In this document: in pieces, positions 8,980 to 18,954 of the stretch | Layout: every line of letters starts with the position of its first letter | Numbering within the stretch: position 1 is the stretch's first letter | Virus record (IMG/VR): IMGVR_UViG_3300049846_002026 | Source: an uncultured virus (IMG/VR IMGVR_UViG_3300049846_002026) | Lineage: Duplodnaviria; Heunggongvirae; Uroviricota; Caudoviricetes | Direction: 5' to 3' (one strand) | Length of the DNA stretch: 64,000 bases | The notes under the pieces: model-generated | What the model was told of the DNA's origin: nothing | Databases searched by the model: none | Seen by the model: the letters and a program-made list of their open reading frames with translations, nothing else | Made by a program: the position numbers and the translations under genes

Positions 8980-9428
8980 CCGAGCCGATCAACCTTCGTG
9001 AGAAGTACCCCGAGCTCTTCAAGGAGTGCTTCGATCTCAGCATCGGTCCTGGCTGGGTGCCCATCGTCGATATGGCCCTGGGCGTGATCATGGGCCATCG
9101 TCGGTATCTCCAGCAGACCATCGAGACCGCCAAGCAGTACCTGGACGGTCCGTACTGGACGGAAGAGAAGCTCAAGGCAGCGGAGCAGGCGCTCGTGGAA
9201 TACGAGGCCACGCTGCCCCAGATCCATCAGATCAAGGAGAAGTTCGGGCAGTTGCGCATCTACTACAAGGGTGCGAACAGCGTGGGCAACCAGCTCGTGT
9301 TCCGCTACGCCGAACAGCTCGCAAACCAGACGTGCGAGGACTGCGGCACCAACCAGAAGGTGAAGTTGCGCGAAGGCGGCTGGTGGCGCACCCTCTGTGA
9401 TCCCTGCGAGCTCAACCGTAAGCAGTGA
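8976..9428 (+). CDS. conserved phage protein with Zn finger
   Basis: QIKEKFGQLRIY...TCEDCG...WRTLC pattern. Confidence 0.75.
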   Translation: MTEPINLREKYPELFKECFDLSIGPGWVPIVDMALGVIMGHRRYLQQTIETAKQYLDGPYWTEEKLKAAEQALVEYEATLPQIHQIKEKFGQLRIYYKGANSVGNQLVFRYAEQLANQTCEDCGTNQKVKLREGGWWRTLCDPCELNRKQ

Positions 9429-9700
9429 AGTCACCCATGGCCACGCCGTTTCACCTCAACGACCGGGTCTTGACAGAAGACTGGCACCGCGGTATCGTGG
9501 TGCAACTCCGGGACGATCTGACCGCGCTGATCGGCACAACCTTCGTCGTCGCCAACGCGAAGTACCTGAAGGATCTCAAGTTCACTGAAGAGCTGTGGCT
9601 AGGGATTCGCAAGCTCACGCGGTCGGACGTGATCACGTGGTATCCGGCCTCTGCTCTTGTTCTCGACACGCCCGATCCGGACGACATGGTGACTGTGTAA
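9425..9700 (+). CDS. hypothetical protein
   Basis: ORF coupled to upstream stop. Confidence 0.55.
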   Translation: MKSPMATPFHLNDRVLTEDWHRGIVVQLRDDLTALIGTTFVVANAKYLKDLKFTEELWLGIRKLTRSDVITWYPASALVLDTPDPDDMVTV

Positions 9701-9841
9701 TGCTACAGTTCCATGGCATCTATCGTGACTGCGGGTGTGGACGGGAAGGACCGTCGGAGCAGACGCCGCTGAAAGACCAACCGTTCGACATCCCCCTGCA
9801 GTGTCCGCTGCATAACACGTACCTGCACACCTGGACAGAAC

Positions 9842-10219
9842 ATGTCACGCGCCCTGTACATCATCCGGGGCCTGCCGGGAAGCGGGAAGACCACCCTGGC
9901 CAAGGCCCTCGCACCTCACGCGAACGCAGCGAACGACGACTACTTCTACGGGCCGAACGGATACAAGTACGACTCGACGAGGCATTTCGACGCTCGTTCC
10001 CAATGCGCACGTCGGGTCGCTAACTTCATGCGGGACGGGCACCCGAACGTCGCGGTGCACAACACCTTCATCAAGCACAAGGCTTACGCAGAATACCTGG
10101 AGCTGGCCAAGCAGTTCGGCTACAAGGTGATCATCGTGAGCATGCAGGCCCAGCTGGGCAGCGTACACAACGTACCTCCGGACGTCATGAGGAGCATGGC
10201 TGCTGACTGGGAGCCCTAG
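9842..10219 (+). CDS. P-loop kinase (AAA_33 / polynucleotide kinase-like)
   Basis: RGLPGSGKTT Walker A, DDYF, NTF, HNVP. Confidence 0.85.
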   Translation: MSRALYIIRGLPGSGKTTLAKALAPHANAANDDYFYGPNGYKYDSTRHFDARSQCARRVANFMRDGHPNVAVHNTFIKHKAYAEYLELAKQFGYKVIIVSMQAQLGSVHNVPPDVMRSMAADWEP

Positions 10220-10233
10220 TCTCGGGAGGAGAC

Positions 10234-10920
10234 ATGTTCGGCGATAGCCTGACAACTCTCGGACTGATGACCACCCTGATCTCTGGCCTGTTCACCGGCC
10301 AAGGTGCAGCACAACAGAGGGCGTCGGTCGTTGCTCCGAAAGTGATCGAGCAAGCCCAGCGGTTTCAGGTGGATCCATTCCTGGTCGCCGCTATCGTATC
10401 GTTGGAGAATCCCCTGTTGGATCCGTACGCGGAAAGCACCGCGGGGGCCAAGGGCTTGATGCAAGTCATGCCCTTTTGGTTCAACTCTCCACTCGTGAAG
10501 GTATGCGGCGTGGATCCCCATCGGGATCGCACGAACCTGTGCCTGGGTGTCCAGGTGCTGCAGTTTCACATTCGTAGGGCACCCACCCTGCACCAGGCTC
10601 TCCTGGACTACAGTGGGTGCAAGAGGACTCCGGGTTGCGAACGGTACTCTGGCTTGGTGACCCAACGCCAGACTGCACTGCGACACGAGTTCAACGTACG
10701 TCGCTGGGGACTCCAGGCCCAGCCGCGGCGTACGCTTTTCGACACACTGGCGCGTCGCGAGACGTCAGTGGGATCCTTCACCACGCCACCGTTCATGCTG
10801 AGGAACTGTCAGGACGGACTTGCATGGAGGCGGACTCCAACTGGAGTCGCACCGTTGAGGCGGCGCACCCTTGGGTGCGCGCCGCCTCAACGGCGCGCCT
10901 CCCTCGCTAAGCCGTTCTAA
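10234..10920 (+). CDS. lytic transglycosylase (SLT domain)
   Basis: AIVSLE...AESTAGAKGLMQVMP...NLCLG; N-terminal hydrophobic segment. Confidence 0.8.
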   Translation: MFGDSLTTLGLMTTLISGLFTGQGAAQQRASVVAPKVIEQAQRFQVDPFLVAAIVSLENPLLDPYAESTAGAKGLMQVMPFWFNSPLVKVCGVDPHRDRTNLCLGVQVLQFHIRRAPTLHQALLDYSGCKRTPGCERYSGLVTQRQTALRHEFNVRRWGLQAQPRRTLFDTLARRETSVGSFTTPPFMLRNCQDGLAWRRTPTGVAPLRRRTLGCAPPQRRASLAKPF

Positions 10921-10979
10921 CAGAGCGGTGCAGTACATACGCGTAGTACCACCAACCAACCCTCTTGTAGGAGCAGTAC

Positions 10980-11486
10980 ATGAACGCGAACGACATGATC
11001 ATGGTGAACGTCAGCGGCGTCAACGGTTCGACCCGCAACACCAAGTCGGTGACCCGGTCCTTCAACGGTCTCGGTGAGCTGATCGACGACAACGGGCAGG
11101 TCGTGAAGGGCGCCGCCGAGCGCCTCCGCAACCTCCCCAGCGGTGCGGTCGCCCAGGCCCCGGAGTGGCCGGCGGTCGAGTTCGAGGCGGCCCGCAAGCT
11201 CGGCGCCGCGGGTGCCGACGCGATCCGCAAGATCCAGGTCGAGTACTCCCAGAAGTACACGGCGTGGGAGAAGTCCATCGGCGGCGGCAACGCCAAGCAG
11301 CAGATCGCGCGGTCGGTCCTCGACTACGCCAAGGAGTTCCACAACTTCCGCGAGAAGGACGAGGGCGAGTTCTTCGTGCTGAAGCCCGATGACCTCGCGG
11401 TCGTCGAGACCAAGCTCAAGGAGGACCGTGTCCTCTACACCGTCACCGGCACCGCGGTGTTCGGCGACGAGCAGGCGGCCGCGTAA
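10980..11486 (+). CDS. hypothetical protein, likely highly expressed
   Basis: AGGAG RBS; near-exclusive G/C third positions. Confidence 0.8.
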   Translation: MNANDMIMVNVSGVNGSTRNTKSVTRSFNGLGELIDDNGQVVKGAAERLRNLPSGAVAQAPEWPAVEFEAARKLGAAGADAIRKIQVEYSQKYTAWEKSIGGGNAKQQIARSVLDYAKEFHNFREKDEGEFFVLKPDDLAVVETKLKEDRVLYTVTGTAVFGDEQAAA

Positions 11487-11543
11487 GCGGTCACGCATCG
11501 TGTTAAGCGGCAGGGGGTACATTCGTGCCCCCTGCCGTTTGGC

Positions 11544-13106
11544 ATGCCATCCTCCACAGTCCATCTCATGACCACAGCCAACAAGCCTCGGTGGGTCTAT
11601 CTCCACGACATGCATGGTTCGACGACCATCATGAACCTGGAGACCAAGGAGACCCGAGAGATCCTGAGCAATCAGGTCAAGAACCAGGCTCCGAGCGGCC
11701 TGCGTCGATACATCCTCGTCGAGACGCGCGAAGGGCATTTCGAAGAGACCGGTGAGCAGGCCCAGCTCGACGTGGCGCTGTTCGACGATCTCAACGAAGC
11801 CTTCGAGAGTCCCAACAGCTGGATCTACGACTGGCCGCACCTCCAGATCGAGCAGACCACGGATGCCGACGTGCAGCGCATGCGTGAGATCCTGGAGAAG
11901 AAGATGGAGAAGTACCCCTACAAGTTCGAGATCGTCGGACTGCAGCGGCGCTTCCTCATGTACTTCAGCGATGGTGGCATCAACTCGCAGAAGTACTTCG
12001 AACGGCTCATCCCGCGTCCGAACGGCTCGCCCTACCGTCAGGACGGCACCCTTCAGGGGCGCTACGGCGCCTACTACAACTCGGCCATGCGCGATGCCCA
12101 GGTGCCGCAGAACGAGGCCATCCCGGCCCGGTATCACGGGCACAGCCGGGTTCCGTGCGTCTACACCGGCCCCGCCTGGGTCGTTCGCTTCCGTCTGAAC
12201 GGCATCGACGTGCTCCTGGAGCGCTGCCGCATGTACGTCGACGACGATGGCAACTTCATCGCCAGCGACTGGTGCCAGCGCATGGGCTACAGCACGTACG
12301 GCGGCGGCATCAACCTGCAGCTCGGGCTCTACACCTTCGAGTCCTGGATCATCGGTCCCTGCCTCCAGTACAACCGGCAGCACGGGAATGGCAAGGCGTT
12401 CAAGGAGACGACCATCTCGGACGTCCGTGAGATGAAGCTGGCACCGCCCCCGCCGACGGCGGAGGAGATCGCCAAGCAGACCAAGAAGCTCCTGGCCATG
12501 GCCGCTCCGGTCGAGGTCAGCATGCTCTACGCCGCCCGGGACGTGCCGCCCATCACCCCGGACGTGGTCGAGGCAGCCAAGGCGCAGCTCGCCAAGGACC
12601 AGCTCGCCAGCGACGCCCTCGCGGCGGTGCGCTCGCGGTGGTGCGGCGTGCGGGAGTTCGGCAGCCAGAAGCTCGACGAGATCCGGTCGATCACGGCGGG
12701 GGACGGCACGCTGTACCTGGTGCCGCAGGCGTACACGGCCCGTCAGCATCAGGGCTACCTGCAGGTGCTCTTCCTGACCAAGGTCGCCGGCCAGGCGAAC
12801 AAGTACCGGATGGACGCCGTCCTCCTGCCGATGCCCACCGTGGCCACGCCGGACGACGCGCAGAAGCAGGTCGAGGCGCTCGTGCAGTTCTACAGCATGA
12901 GCAACCTCAGCAACATGCCGGTCATCATCGTGCCGGAGAAGGGCGCCAAGCTCTTCGGCAAGCAGAACACCATCCCGGCGACCTACCAGGCCGGTGGTGA
13001 GATCGACAAGGACAACAAGGCCTACCAGGCCCTGCTCTACTTCGTCGAGCAGGTGATCAACGCGAAGCCGGCCGAAGCCGAGGCGGAAGCCCAGGTGGTG
13101 GCATGA
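11544..13106 (+). CDS. hypothetical protein
   Basis: 520-aa ORF, strong codon bias, coupled to ThiF gene. Confidence 0.8.
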   Translation: MPSSTVHLMTTANKPRWVYLHDMHGSTTIMNLETKETREILSNQVKNQAPSGLRRYILVETREGHFEETGEQAQLDVALFDDLNEAFESPNSWIYDWPHLQIEQTTDADVQRMREILEKKMEKYPYKFEIVGLQRRFLMYFSDGGINSQKYFERLIPRPNGSPYRQDGTLQGRYGAYYNSAMRDAQVPQNEAIPARYHGHSRVPCVYTGPAWVVRFRLNGIDVLLERCRMYVDDDGNFIASDWCQRMGYSTYGGGINLQLGLYTFESWIIGPCLQYNRQHGNGKAFKETTISDVREMKLAPPPPTAEEIAKQTKKLLAMAAPVEVSMLYAARDVPPITPDVVEAAKAQLAKDQLASDALAAVRSRWCGVREFGSQKLDEIRSITAGDGTLYLVPQAYTARQHQGYLQVLFLTKVAGQANKYRMDAVLLPMPTVATPDDAQKQVEALVQFYSMSNLSNMPVIIVPEKGAKLFGKQNTIPATYQAGGEIDKDNKAYQALLYFVEQVINAKPAEAEAEAQVVA

Positions 13107-13792
13107 AGATCGCGGTGGTGGGATGCGGGTTCGTGGGTTCCGTCTTCACGGACGAGTTCCTGAAGCGGTGCTTCGCAGGTAAGCTGCCGATCGACTTCGT
13201 GTTCATCGACGATGACACGGTCAGTCAGCGCAACTGCGCGAACCAGAACTTCGACTTCATGGACATGAAGAAGCCGAAGGCGGAAGTCCTCGCGGCACGT
13301 GCGCTGCGTTTCGACCGGACAGCCACGTCCGAGGTAAAGCGGCTCACGCTGGAGAACGCCGACGAGCTGCTCAAGGATGCGGAGCTGGTGATCGATGCGG
13401 TGGACAACCTGGAGACGCGCCAGCTGCTGTACGGGCATGGCATCGTGGCCAAGGTGCCGGTCCTCCACATCGGCATCAGCCCCCTGGCCACGGGGGTCGT
13501 CGAGTGGACGTATCCCGGGCACGAGACGTTCAGCCTCCGCCCTGCCCAGACGGCGGGGCGGGAGATCAAGGACCCGGAGAGCGGCGTCACGCCGCCCTGT
13601 GAGCTCGCGCGGATGCGGGGCGTGGGTCTCAACATCGGATTCGCGGCGGCTTGCGCTGCTTCGATCTACTGCGGCTTCGACGCCGAAGGACACCTCGATG
13701 GGAAGGAAGCGCAAGGGACGCTCACGGAATGGCAAGCGTCCGCCTCGGGATTCTTCCCACAGCGGGAAACGTGGGAAAATGTTCTGGGATGA
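13103..13792 (+). CDS. ThiF/MoeB/E1-like adenylyltransferase
   Basis: VVGCGFVGS, IDDDTVSQRNCANQNF, KPKAEV, IDAVDNLETR. Confidence 0.9.
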   Translation: MKIAVVGCGFVGSVFTDEFLKRCFAGKLPIDFVFIDDDTVSQRNCANQNFDFMDMKKPKAEVLAARALRFDRTATSEVKRLTLENADELLKDAELVIDAVDNLETRQLLYGHGIVAKVPVLHIGISPLATGVVEWTYPGHETFSLRPAQTAGREIKDPESGVTPPCELARMRGVGLNIGFAAACAASIYCGFDAEGHLDGKEAQGTLTEWQASASGFFPQRETWENVLG

Positions 13793-15530
13793 CCCGGACT
13801 ACGACCCCTTCATGCCCGTCAACGATCAGAGGAAGATGACACAGCCGAGCGGACGGTCCAATCACAGCCTGGTCAAGGGCGGCAGCTCGCACAGCTCCAG
13901 TGGTTCTGGGAGCTATTCGGGCGGTTATCGGAAGCGCGAGGTCCACGTCCTCTTCAAGAACGGGGCCAAGCAGGAATACACGGTCGAGTACAGCCTGATC
14001 GACTGGTTCGACTACGCACGCCTGGTGTGGCCGTTCCGCATGGAAGGCAACACCGAGATCATCGAAGTGCCCGAGGAGTTCTGCACGTTCAGCTACGGCA
14101 AGCCTCGGTTCAACCAGTGCGTCTACACGGCGTCGGGGGACTACATCGCGGCACGTTGGGGTCGGAAGCTCGACATCAGCGACAGCGACTGGCTGGCAGC
14201 ACATCCGCTCGCCACGGATGACGGTATCCCGCACGGCTACACGCCGACCTGCGTCCATGAGCTCGTCCTGCCCTATGGCATGGGCGTCGAGCGGATCCGC
14301 ATCAAGAAGGACGTCAGCGTGCTGGGCGATCACATGCTGGGCTGGATGACCTCGCTCGGTTGTAACCCGTTCGGCATGATCGACCGGGCCACCGACAACG
14401 TGGAAGCCGCCAAGCGCATGGGCATGACGATCGAGGAAGCCAACGCCCTCTGGCGGTTCGAGTTCCACTCGGATCCGCTGCCGGGCAGCATCATCGGTGA
14501 GAAGGGCTGGTCTGGCACCGGCGGGAACACGGGCGGGGTCAAGGTCGGCAACTTCGGTGGGCACTCTCGCTACCTGGCGCCGCGTGCGTCGGCCGGCGAT
14601 TGGACCATCAGCGTGCAGCTGGCACCGGACCCGACCTACATGGCCCCTCCGCCGAGCGAACCGTACGTGCCCCGCAAGGGTACGCCGAGCCTTGTGGCCA
14701 GCGCGATCCTCGATCCGGACAAGGAGCTCATCGCGGTCCGTAACAACCTGCAGAAGTGGATCCCGCAAAGCAAGCGGGTCCGCAGCATCGTCCACTGGAA
14801 GGACGAGGAGCAGGGTTCCCAGACGCCGATGACCGAGCAGAAGAGGTCCAGTGTCGGCCCCCTGGGCAACGAGAAGTACGACTGCTCCAACCCGGCGTGC
14901 CTCAAGCCGCAGCAGACGTGCACGTATGACGAGCTGCTGTGCAACGTGTGCCGGGCCGAACGCACGGGCACCAAGTCGGAGACCCCCCAGGGAAACTCCA
15001 GCGCCACCAGCCCCTCGTCGAAGGAGATGAAGAGTTCTACGGGCGCTGGTGGGGCGGGTAAGAAGAACAAGAAGGACAAGAAGGGCAAGCAGAAGGTGGA
15101 AGAGGCTGCCACGCCCATGATGGACAAGTGCGAGATGTGCAACATGACGGAGCAGGTGCAGGACTTCATCAATCCGCTCATGGGGTTCGTCTGCAATGAC
15201 TGCATCAGCGTGGCGTTCAAGACCTTCGAATGCCCACACTGCAAGGCCGATCTGAGCAAGTTCCCGCCGGAGCCGCTGGGGTTCAACGCCCCGACGGAAG
15301 GCGCGGACGAGCCGGGCACGGCCGACTGGGTGTGCACCGAGTGCAAGCAGGAGCTGGTCACGTCCGAGCCGCCCCGGAGCTTCAAGGGGCTGCACCCCTA
15401 CGACGTCGCCGAGTACATCTGGGATGCCGTCGACTGGGGCACCGATGACGACGACACCCCGCAGATCGTGGCTGAGGGGGAGCTGGAGCTGGTAACCAGG
15501 TTCCGCGAGGCCGTCGATCATGCTCAGTAG
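13779..15530 (+). CDS. hypothetical protein with multiple CxxC pairs
   Basis: MFWDDPDY start overlapping ThiF stop; CNVC, CEMC, CNDC, CPHC, CTEC. Confidence 0.75.
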   Translation: MFWDDPDYDPFMPVNDQRKMTQPSGRSNHSLVKGGSSHSSSGSGSYSGGYRKREVHVLFKNGAKQEYTVEYSLIDWFDYARLVWPFRMEGNTEIIEVPEEFCTFSYGKPRFNQCVYTASGDYIAARWGRKLDISDSDWLAAHPLATDDGIPHGYTPTCVHELVLPYGMGVERIRIKKDVSVLGDHMLGWMTSLGCNPFGMIDRATDNVEAAKRMGMTIEEANALWRFEFHSDPLPGSIIGEKGWSGTGGNTGGVKVGNFGGHSRYLAPRASAGDWTISVQLAPDPTYMAPPPSEPYVPRKGTPSLVASAILDPDKELIAVRNNLQKWIPQSKRVRSIVHWKDEEQGSQTPMTEQKRSSVGPLGNEKYDCSNPACLKPQQTCTYDELLCNVCRAERTGTKSETPQGNSSATSPSSKEMKSSTGAGGAGKKNKKDKKGKQKVEEAATPMMDKCEMCNMTEQVQDFINPLMGFVCNDCISVAFKTFECPHCKADLSKFPPEPLGFNAPTEGADEPGTADWVCTECKQELVTSEPPRSFKGLHPYDVAEYIWDAVDWGTDDDDTPQIVAEGELELVTRFREAVDHAQ

Positions 15531-16077
15531 CATCGACTACAAGATCGTGGACACCCTGACTCGGCCATACCAGCCGAATCAGGTGTTGTTCCCGGATAGC
15601 ACCATCAAGCAGGTCACCCTGGATCAGCACAAGACGGCCACCCTGGCTAGCTTGGACGTGACCCAGGGCAGCCTGGTGTTGGGCTTCAGCCACAACTACC
15701 TGCCGAGCTGGCACCATCGGGTTTCACTCATCGTGCCGCCGAAGGCGGTCTACCAAAGCGGGTGGGTGCATCAGCTTCTGCTGATCGATCCACTCGTCAC
15801 TGCCATGTTCGGAGACAAGGCCAAGGAGCGTCTTGAGGGCCTTCTCTCCTTCAACGTACCTCAGCCATGGGCTGAGCATCTTTCGCGCGTGCCCCTCGGT
15901 GCAGCGTTCAAGGACTTCAAGATCCTGCAGATCGTGCGTATCGCACAAGTCACGGATTTCCTGGCCTGGGCTCCGGCGTCTTCGGATGCCTACCAGCGTA
16001 TCAGGGAAACGGACGGGTACGATGGGTACGACGACGACGGGTACGACGAGTACGACGATTCGTACGACGACGACTAG
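15520..16077 (+). CDS. hypothetical protein with acidic D/Y tail
   Basis: ORF overlapping upstream stop. Confidence 0.65.
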   Translation: MLSSIDYKIVDTLTRPYQPNQVLFPDSTIKQVTLDQHKTATLASLDVTQGSLVLGFSHNYLPSWHHRVSLIVPPKAVYQSGWVHQLLLIDPLVTAMFGDKAKERLEGLLSFNVPQPWAEHLSRVPLGAAFKDFKILQIVRIAQVTDFLAWAPASSDAYQRIRETDGYDGYDDDGYDEYDDSYDDD

Positions 16078-16089
16078 GAGTAGTCGCTC

Positions 16090-16476
16090 ATGAGTGGTAC
16101 CGACACACAGCTGGCCAATCTGCTTTACGTCATCAATGATCTGCTTCGGAAGCCGGAGAAGGTTCGTATTCGTGTTCGCCAGTCCTATCCAGCACATGTC
16201 TGGGGGAAGGTGGGACAGGAGTACGAGACCGACATCCTGGCTGTGGTCGTGGCGTCAGGCGTCAACCCGGACGTGATGCGCGTGTCCGAACCCACGATCT
16301 ACATCAGTGGAACTGGGTGGGGCAAGGTGACCGTCACTCCGATTCGGGTCAAGGAGATCGTCAACATTCGTCGGCTGACGCGTGCGGGCGGGCAGGTGCT
16401 CTGGTCCGAATCCACTCCGGCCACAACGGCGGAACGGAAGCTGGCGCTGACCGATCTTCTGGCTCTGACTCCCTAG
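16090..16476 (+). CDS. hypothetical protein
   Basis: AGGAG RBS. Confidence 0.65.
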   Translation: MSGTDTQLANLLYVINDLLRKPEKVRIRVRQSYPAHVWGKVGQEYETDILAVVVASGVNPDVMRVSEPTIYISGTGWGKVTVTPIRVKEIVNIRRLTRAGGQVLWSESTPATTAERKLALTDLLALTP

Positions 16477-16479
16477 CCT

Positions 16480-16686
16480 ATGGCGATGAAGCCGCAGGTT
16501 GATGATGTCATCGCCGGCGCGCTTTTCGACTTCGTGGGACACTTGGCATGTCTGCCTGAACTGGCACCACATGTCACCCTGTTGCGTCACGAGCTCGATC
16601 AGTGGGCACAGGAACGTTCGTTGGAGCTGTTGGATGCAGATGTCCTCACCTGGGAACTCCAGCGCCAGGGGTTGAAGCAGCCATGA
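16480..16686 (+). CDS. hypothetical protein
   Basis: ATGA coupled to next gene. Confidence 0.5.
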   Translation: MAMKPQVDDVIAGALFDFVGHLACLPELAPHVTLLRHELDQWAQERSLELLDADVLTWELQRQGLKQP

Positions 16687-16961
16687 AGTTCCATCGTACG
16701 CTCAAAAAGCATCTGCCTAAGCTCGGTTCGCTGGAGCAAGCCGCGCTGACCAAGGCGATCCAGAAGTTCGAATCCACTCCTGCAAAAGACCAGCGGGCAT
16801 TGCTTCAACCGGTCCACTCGAACCGGTTTCAGGCGAGCAGTGCCCGTTGGACCTTGCGGGCAAGCCACAAATACCGTATCTTGATCGGTGAAGAAGCGGG
16901 CGAGTATGTCGCCATTGACTTCGTAAGTCGTGGTGATCACCGCTACTACCGGAAGGAGTAA
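16683..16961 (+). CDS. RelE/ParE-like toxin-fold protein
   Basis: 92 aa, basic; FHRTLKKHLPKL...WTLRASHKYRILI...DFVSRGDHRYY. Confidence 0.55.
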   Translation: MKFHRTLKKHLPKLGSLEQAALTKAIQKFESTPAKDQRALLQPVHSNRFQASSARWTLRASHKYRILIGEEAGEYVAIDFVSRGDHRYYRKE

Positions 16962-16975
16962 GCAATGCGGCGTAC

Positions 16976-17374
16976 GTGAGGGCTTCATGCCCTAGCCTGT
17001 CACTAGGCAGGTTGAACACCGACCATTGGAACCAATGTATGGCCGGACTGAACGATAACGAGCTCGACGCTATTCTGCGTAGTCCTCGTCCTCCTGGGAT
17101 GGTGAGTATGTTGAACCCCCTTGAGGTCTATGTGCCGAAGCGTTGGCTGCAGCATGCCTGTCGGCGCAGCTTGCATCACATGCAGCAGCGGTTGGCGTCG
17201 GAGAATCCTACGACGGCACAACGGTACGCTGCACAGGTGGGAATCCAGCAACGGATTGATCTGCTGGCGTGGTTGCATAATCATCCGGAGGAACACGTGT
17301 ACATCAGCTTGTATCCTACCGACCTGGACGGAACGGATGACCTGGAAGTCAATCCCAACTGGTTCAACTCCTAG
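16976..17374 (+). CDS. hypothetical protein
   Basis: ORF in gene string; start uncertain. Confidence 0.5.
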   Translation: MRASCPSLSLGRLNTDHWNQCMAGLNDNELDAILRSPRPPGMVSMLNPLEVYVPKRWLQHACRRSLHHMQQRLASENPTTAQRYAAQVGIQQRIDLLAWLHNHPEEHVYISLYPTDLDGTDDLEVNPNWFNS

Positions 17375-17386
17375 GAGTACTCAACC

Positions 17387-18739
17387 GTGAGTGAGGCCCT
17401 TGTAGGTGTCAGTTTGCTGGTCTGTGTGGTACTGTGGCTGTCACGGCCACGTGCCCCGAAAGTCAAGACGATGCAGATGTCAGCACCTACCAGGGCTCCT
17501 GCGGTAGATCTGTATAGCCATCGCCCCCGTCGTGTACGGTTGGCAGCTGAACTTCGGCTGCTGCGGCTGATGGAACTGCTCGACCAGGGAATCCGGAGGA
17601 ACGGGTTTCCTACCTCTGCTTTGCGGCCACTGCGAAATCTTCGTGTCGCGTGGTTGCGTACGATGCGCAGGCACCCACTGTTGCATCTGTTGGAAGAGCC
17701 TCTTGAAGCGCAAAGTCTGCCCATGATCACACCAAGCTTTGTGCACTTCAAGCCGGAAGAACCGCAGACGCTGGATGCCTATGTAGGTCAGTTGCATATC
17801 AAGAAAACGTTGCAGATCGCTTTGGGAGCATTGGAGCCCACGAACGTTCTGCTGCGTCATCGTCTGTTGACGGGCTTGCCAGGCTTTGGTAAGACCCTGC
17901 TGGCCAAGATCTTGGCCAAAGCTCTGCAGGACCGTGCCCAAGTCATGGGGTTGGGTACAGTTGGTTTCGTTGAGACCTACGGAGCAAACTTGAACAGCGT
18001 GGAAGCGATGGATCAGGCTGTAGCGCAGACGCAACAGTATAGCGCTGCAGTCTGGTTCATCGACGAAATCCACGTCTTGAATCGCGAACTCGCCACGAAG
18101 TTGTACTTGCTGCTGGAAGAACAGCGGTACCCATTCAATGGGTCGGCGAATCCTACCGCTCTGAAGCCTTTGATGGTGATCGGAGCTACCACTGATTACG
18201 GCAATCTGCATCCTGCGTTGAAGCGCCGGTTCGGCGAACCGCTGATGATGCAAGGCTTGAATCTCGTTGAACTGATGGAACTGGCCAGGGGGCTCTTGCC
18301 GCAAGCAACGGAAGCGGCATTGCGTCTGCTGGCCAGTCGGTGTGTGCATAGCGGCGCTCCATATGAGCTGAAGTTGCTGGCCGACTCCATGCGGGAGTAT
18401 GCCATTTTCAGCGGAGTGAGTCAGATTGACACACATCATGTGCAAGAGATGTTCGAGGTGTGGCAAATCGATGAGCTGGGGCTGCGGCCTACGGATCGTC
18501 GGGTGATTCACGCCATGCTGGATCGGCCGCGGCATCGGGGGCGCGATGGTGCGTTCTTGGGCTACGGCGGCAGCGAAGCCGACATCTGTGCAGTTGCTGG
18601 CATCGATCGGGCGGAGTTTCAGCAAGTCGTGCGACCGAAGTTGCTGTCGCGTCGGTTGCTGGAAGTACGGCCTGGTATTGGCCTGGTGCTCACTGAGAAG
18701 GCTGTTCTCGCCTATCACACCTTGGAACCGAGTACATGA
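17387..18739 (+). CDS. ruvB: RuvB-like AAA+ ATPase with N-terminal extension
   Basis: YVGQ, LLTGLPGFGKT, FIDEIH, IGATT, LKRRFG, IDELGL. Confidence 0.8.
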   Translation: MSEALVGVSLLVCVVLWLSRPRAPKVKTMQMSAPTRAPAVDLYSHRPRRVRLAAELRLLRLMELLDQGIRRNGFPTSALRPLRNLRVAWLRTMRRHPLLHLLEEPLEAQSLPMITPSFVHFKPEEPQTLDAYVGQLHIKKTLQIALGALEPTNVLLRHRLLTGLPGFGKTLLAKILAKALQDRAQVMGLGTVGFVETYGANLNSVEAMDQAVAQTQQYSAAVWFIDEIHVLNRELATKLYLLLEEQRYPFNGSANPTALKPLMVIGATTDYGNLHPALKRRFGEPLMMQGLNLVELMELARGLLPQATEAALRLLASRCVHSGAPYELKLLADSMREYAIFSGVSQIDTHHVQEMFEVWQIDELGLRPTDRRVIHAMLDRPRHRGRDGAFLGYGGSEADICAVAGIDRAEFQQVVRPKLLSRRLLEVRPGIGLVLTEKAVLAYHTLEPST

Positions 18740-18954
18740 CGAAGATCGTCGTGTTGAACTACGTGGATGAGCACGGGAACCAGCATCGTGCGAGCCTGCC
18801 GGGCTTTGACCTGGAGACCGCGCAACAGTTGGTCGATCACATGCTGCGCGAAGAGCTGCCGTTTCAGGCGTTCATCGACGGCAAACCTCAACTTCTCTCA
18901 CCGATTGGCTGGAAAGGCTGTTCGGTAACGGTGGAACCGGTCAATGACACTTGA
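18736..18954 (+). CDS. hypothetical protein
   Basis: ATGA overlap. Confidence 0.55.
   Translation: MTKIVVLNYVDEHGNQHRASLPGFDLETAQQLVDHMLREELPFQAFIDGKPQLLSPIGWKGCSVTVEPVNDT

Noticed and set aside
16012..16075. GACGGGTACGAC-like tandem repeats
   Set aside because: Low-complexity coding of a D/G/Y tail.
3976..18718. Long - strand ORFs (3976-5445, 7160-8677, 10917-12749, 13722-15533, 17480-18718)
   Set aside because: Shadows of codon-biased + strand genes; no motifs, fully overlapping better-supported genes.
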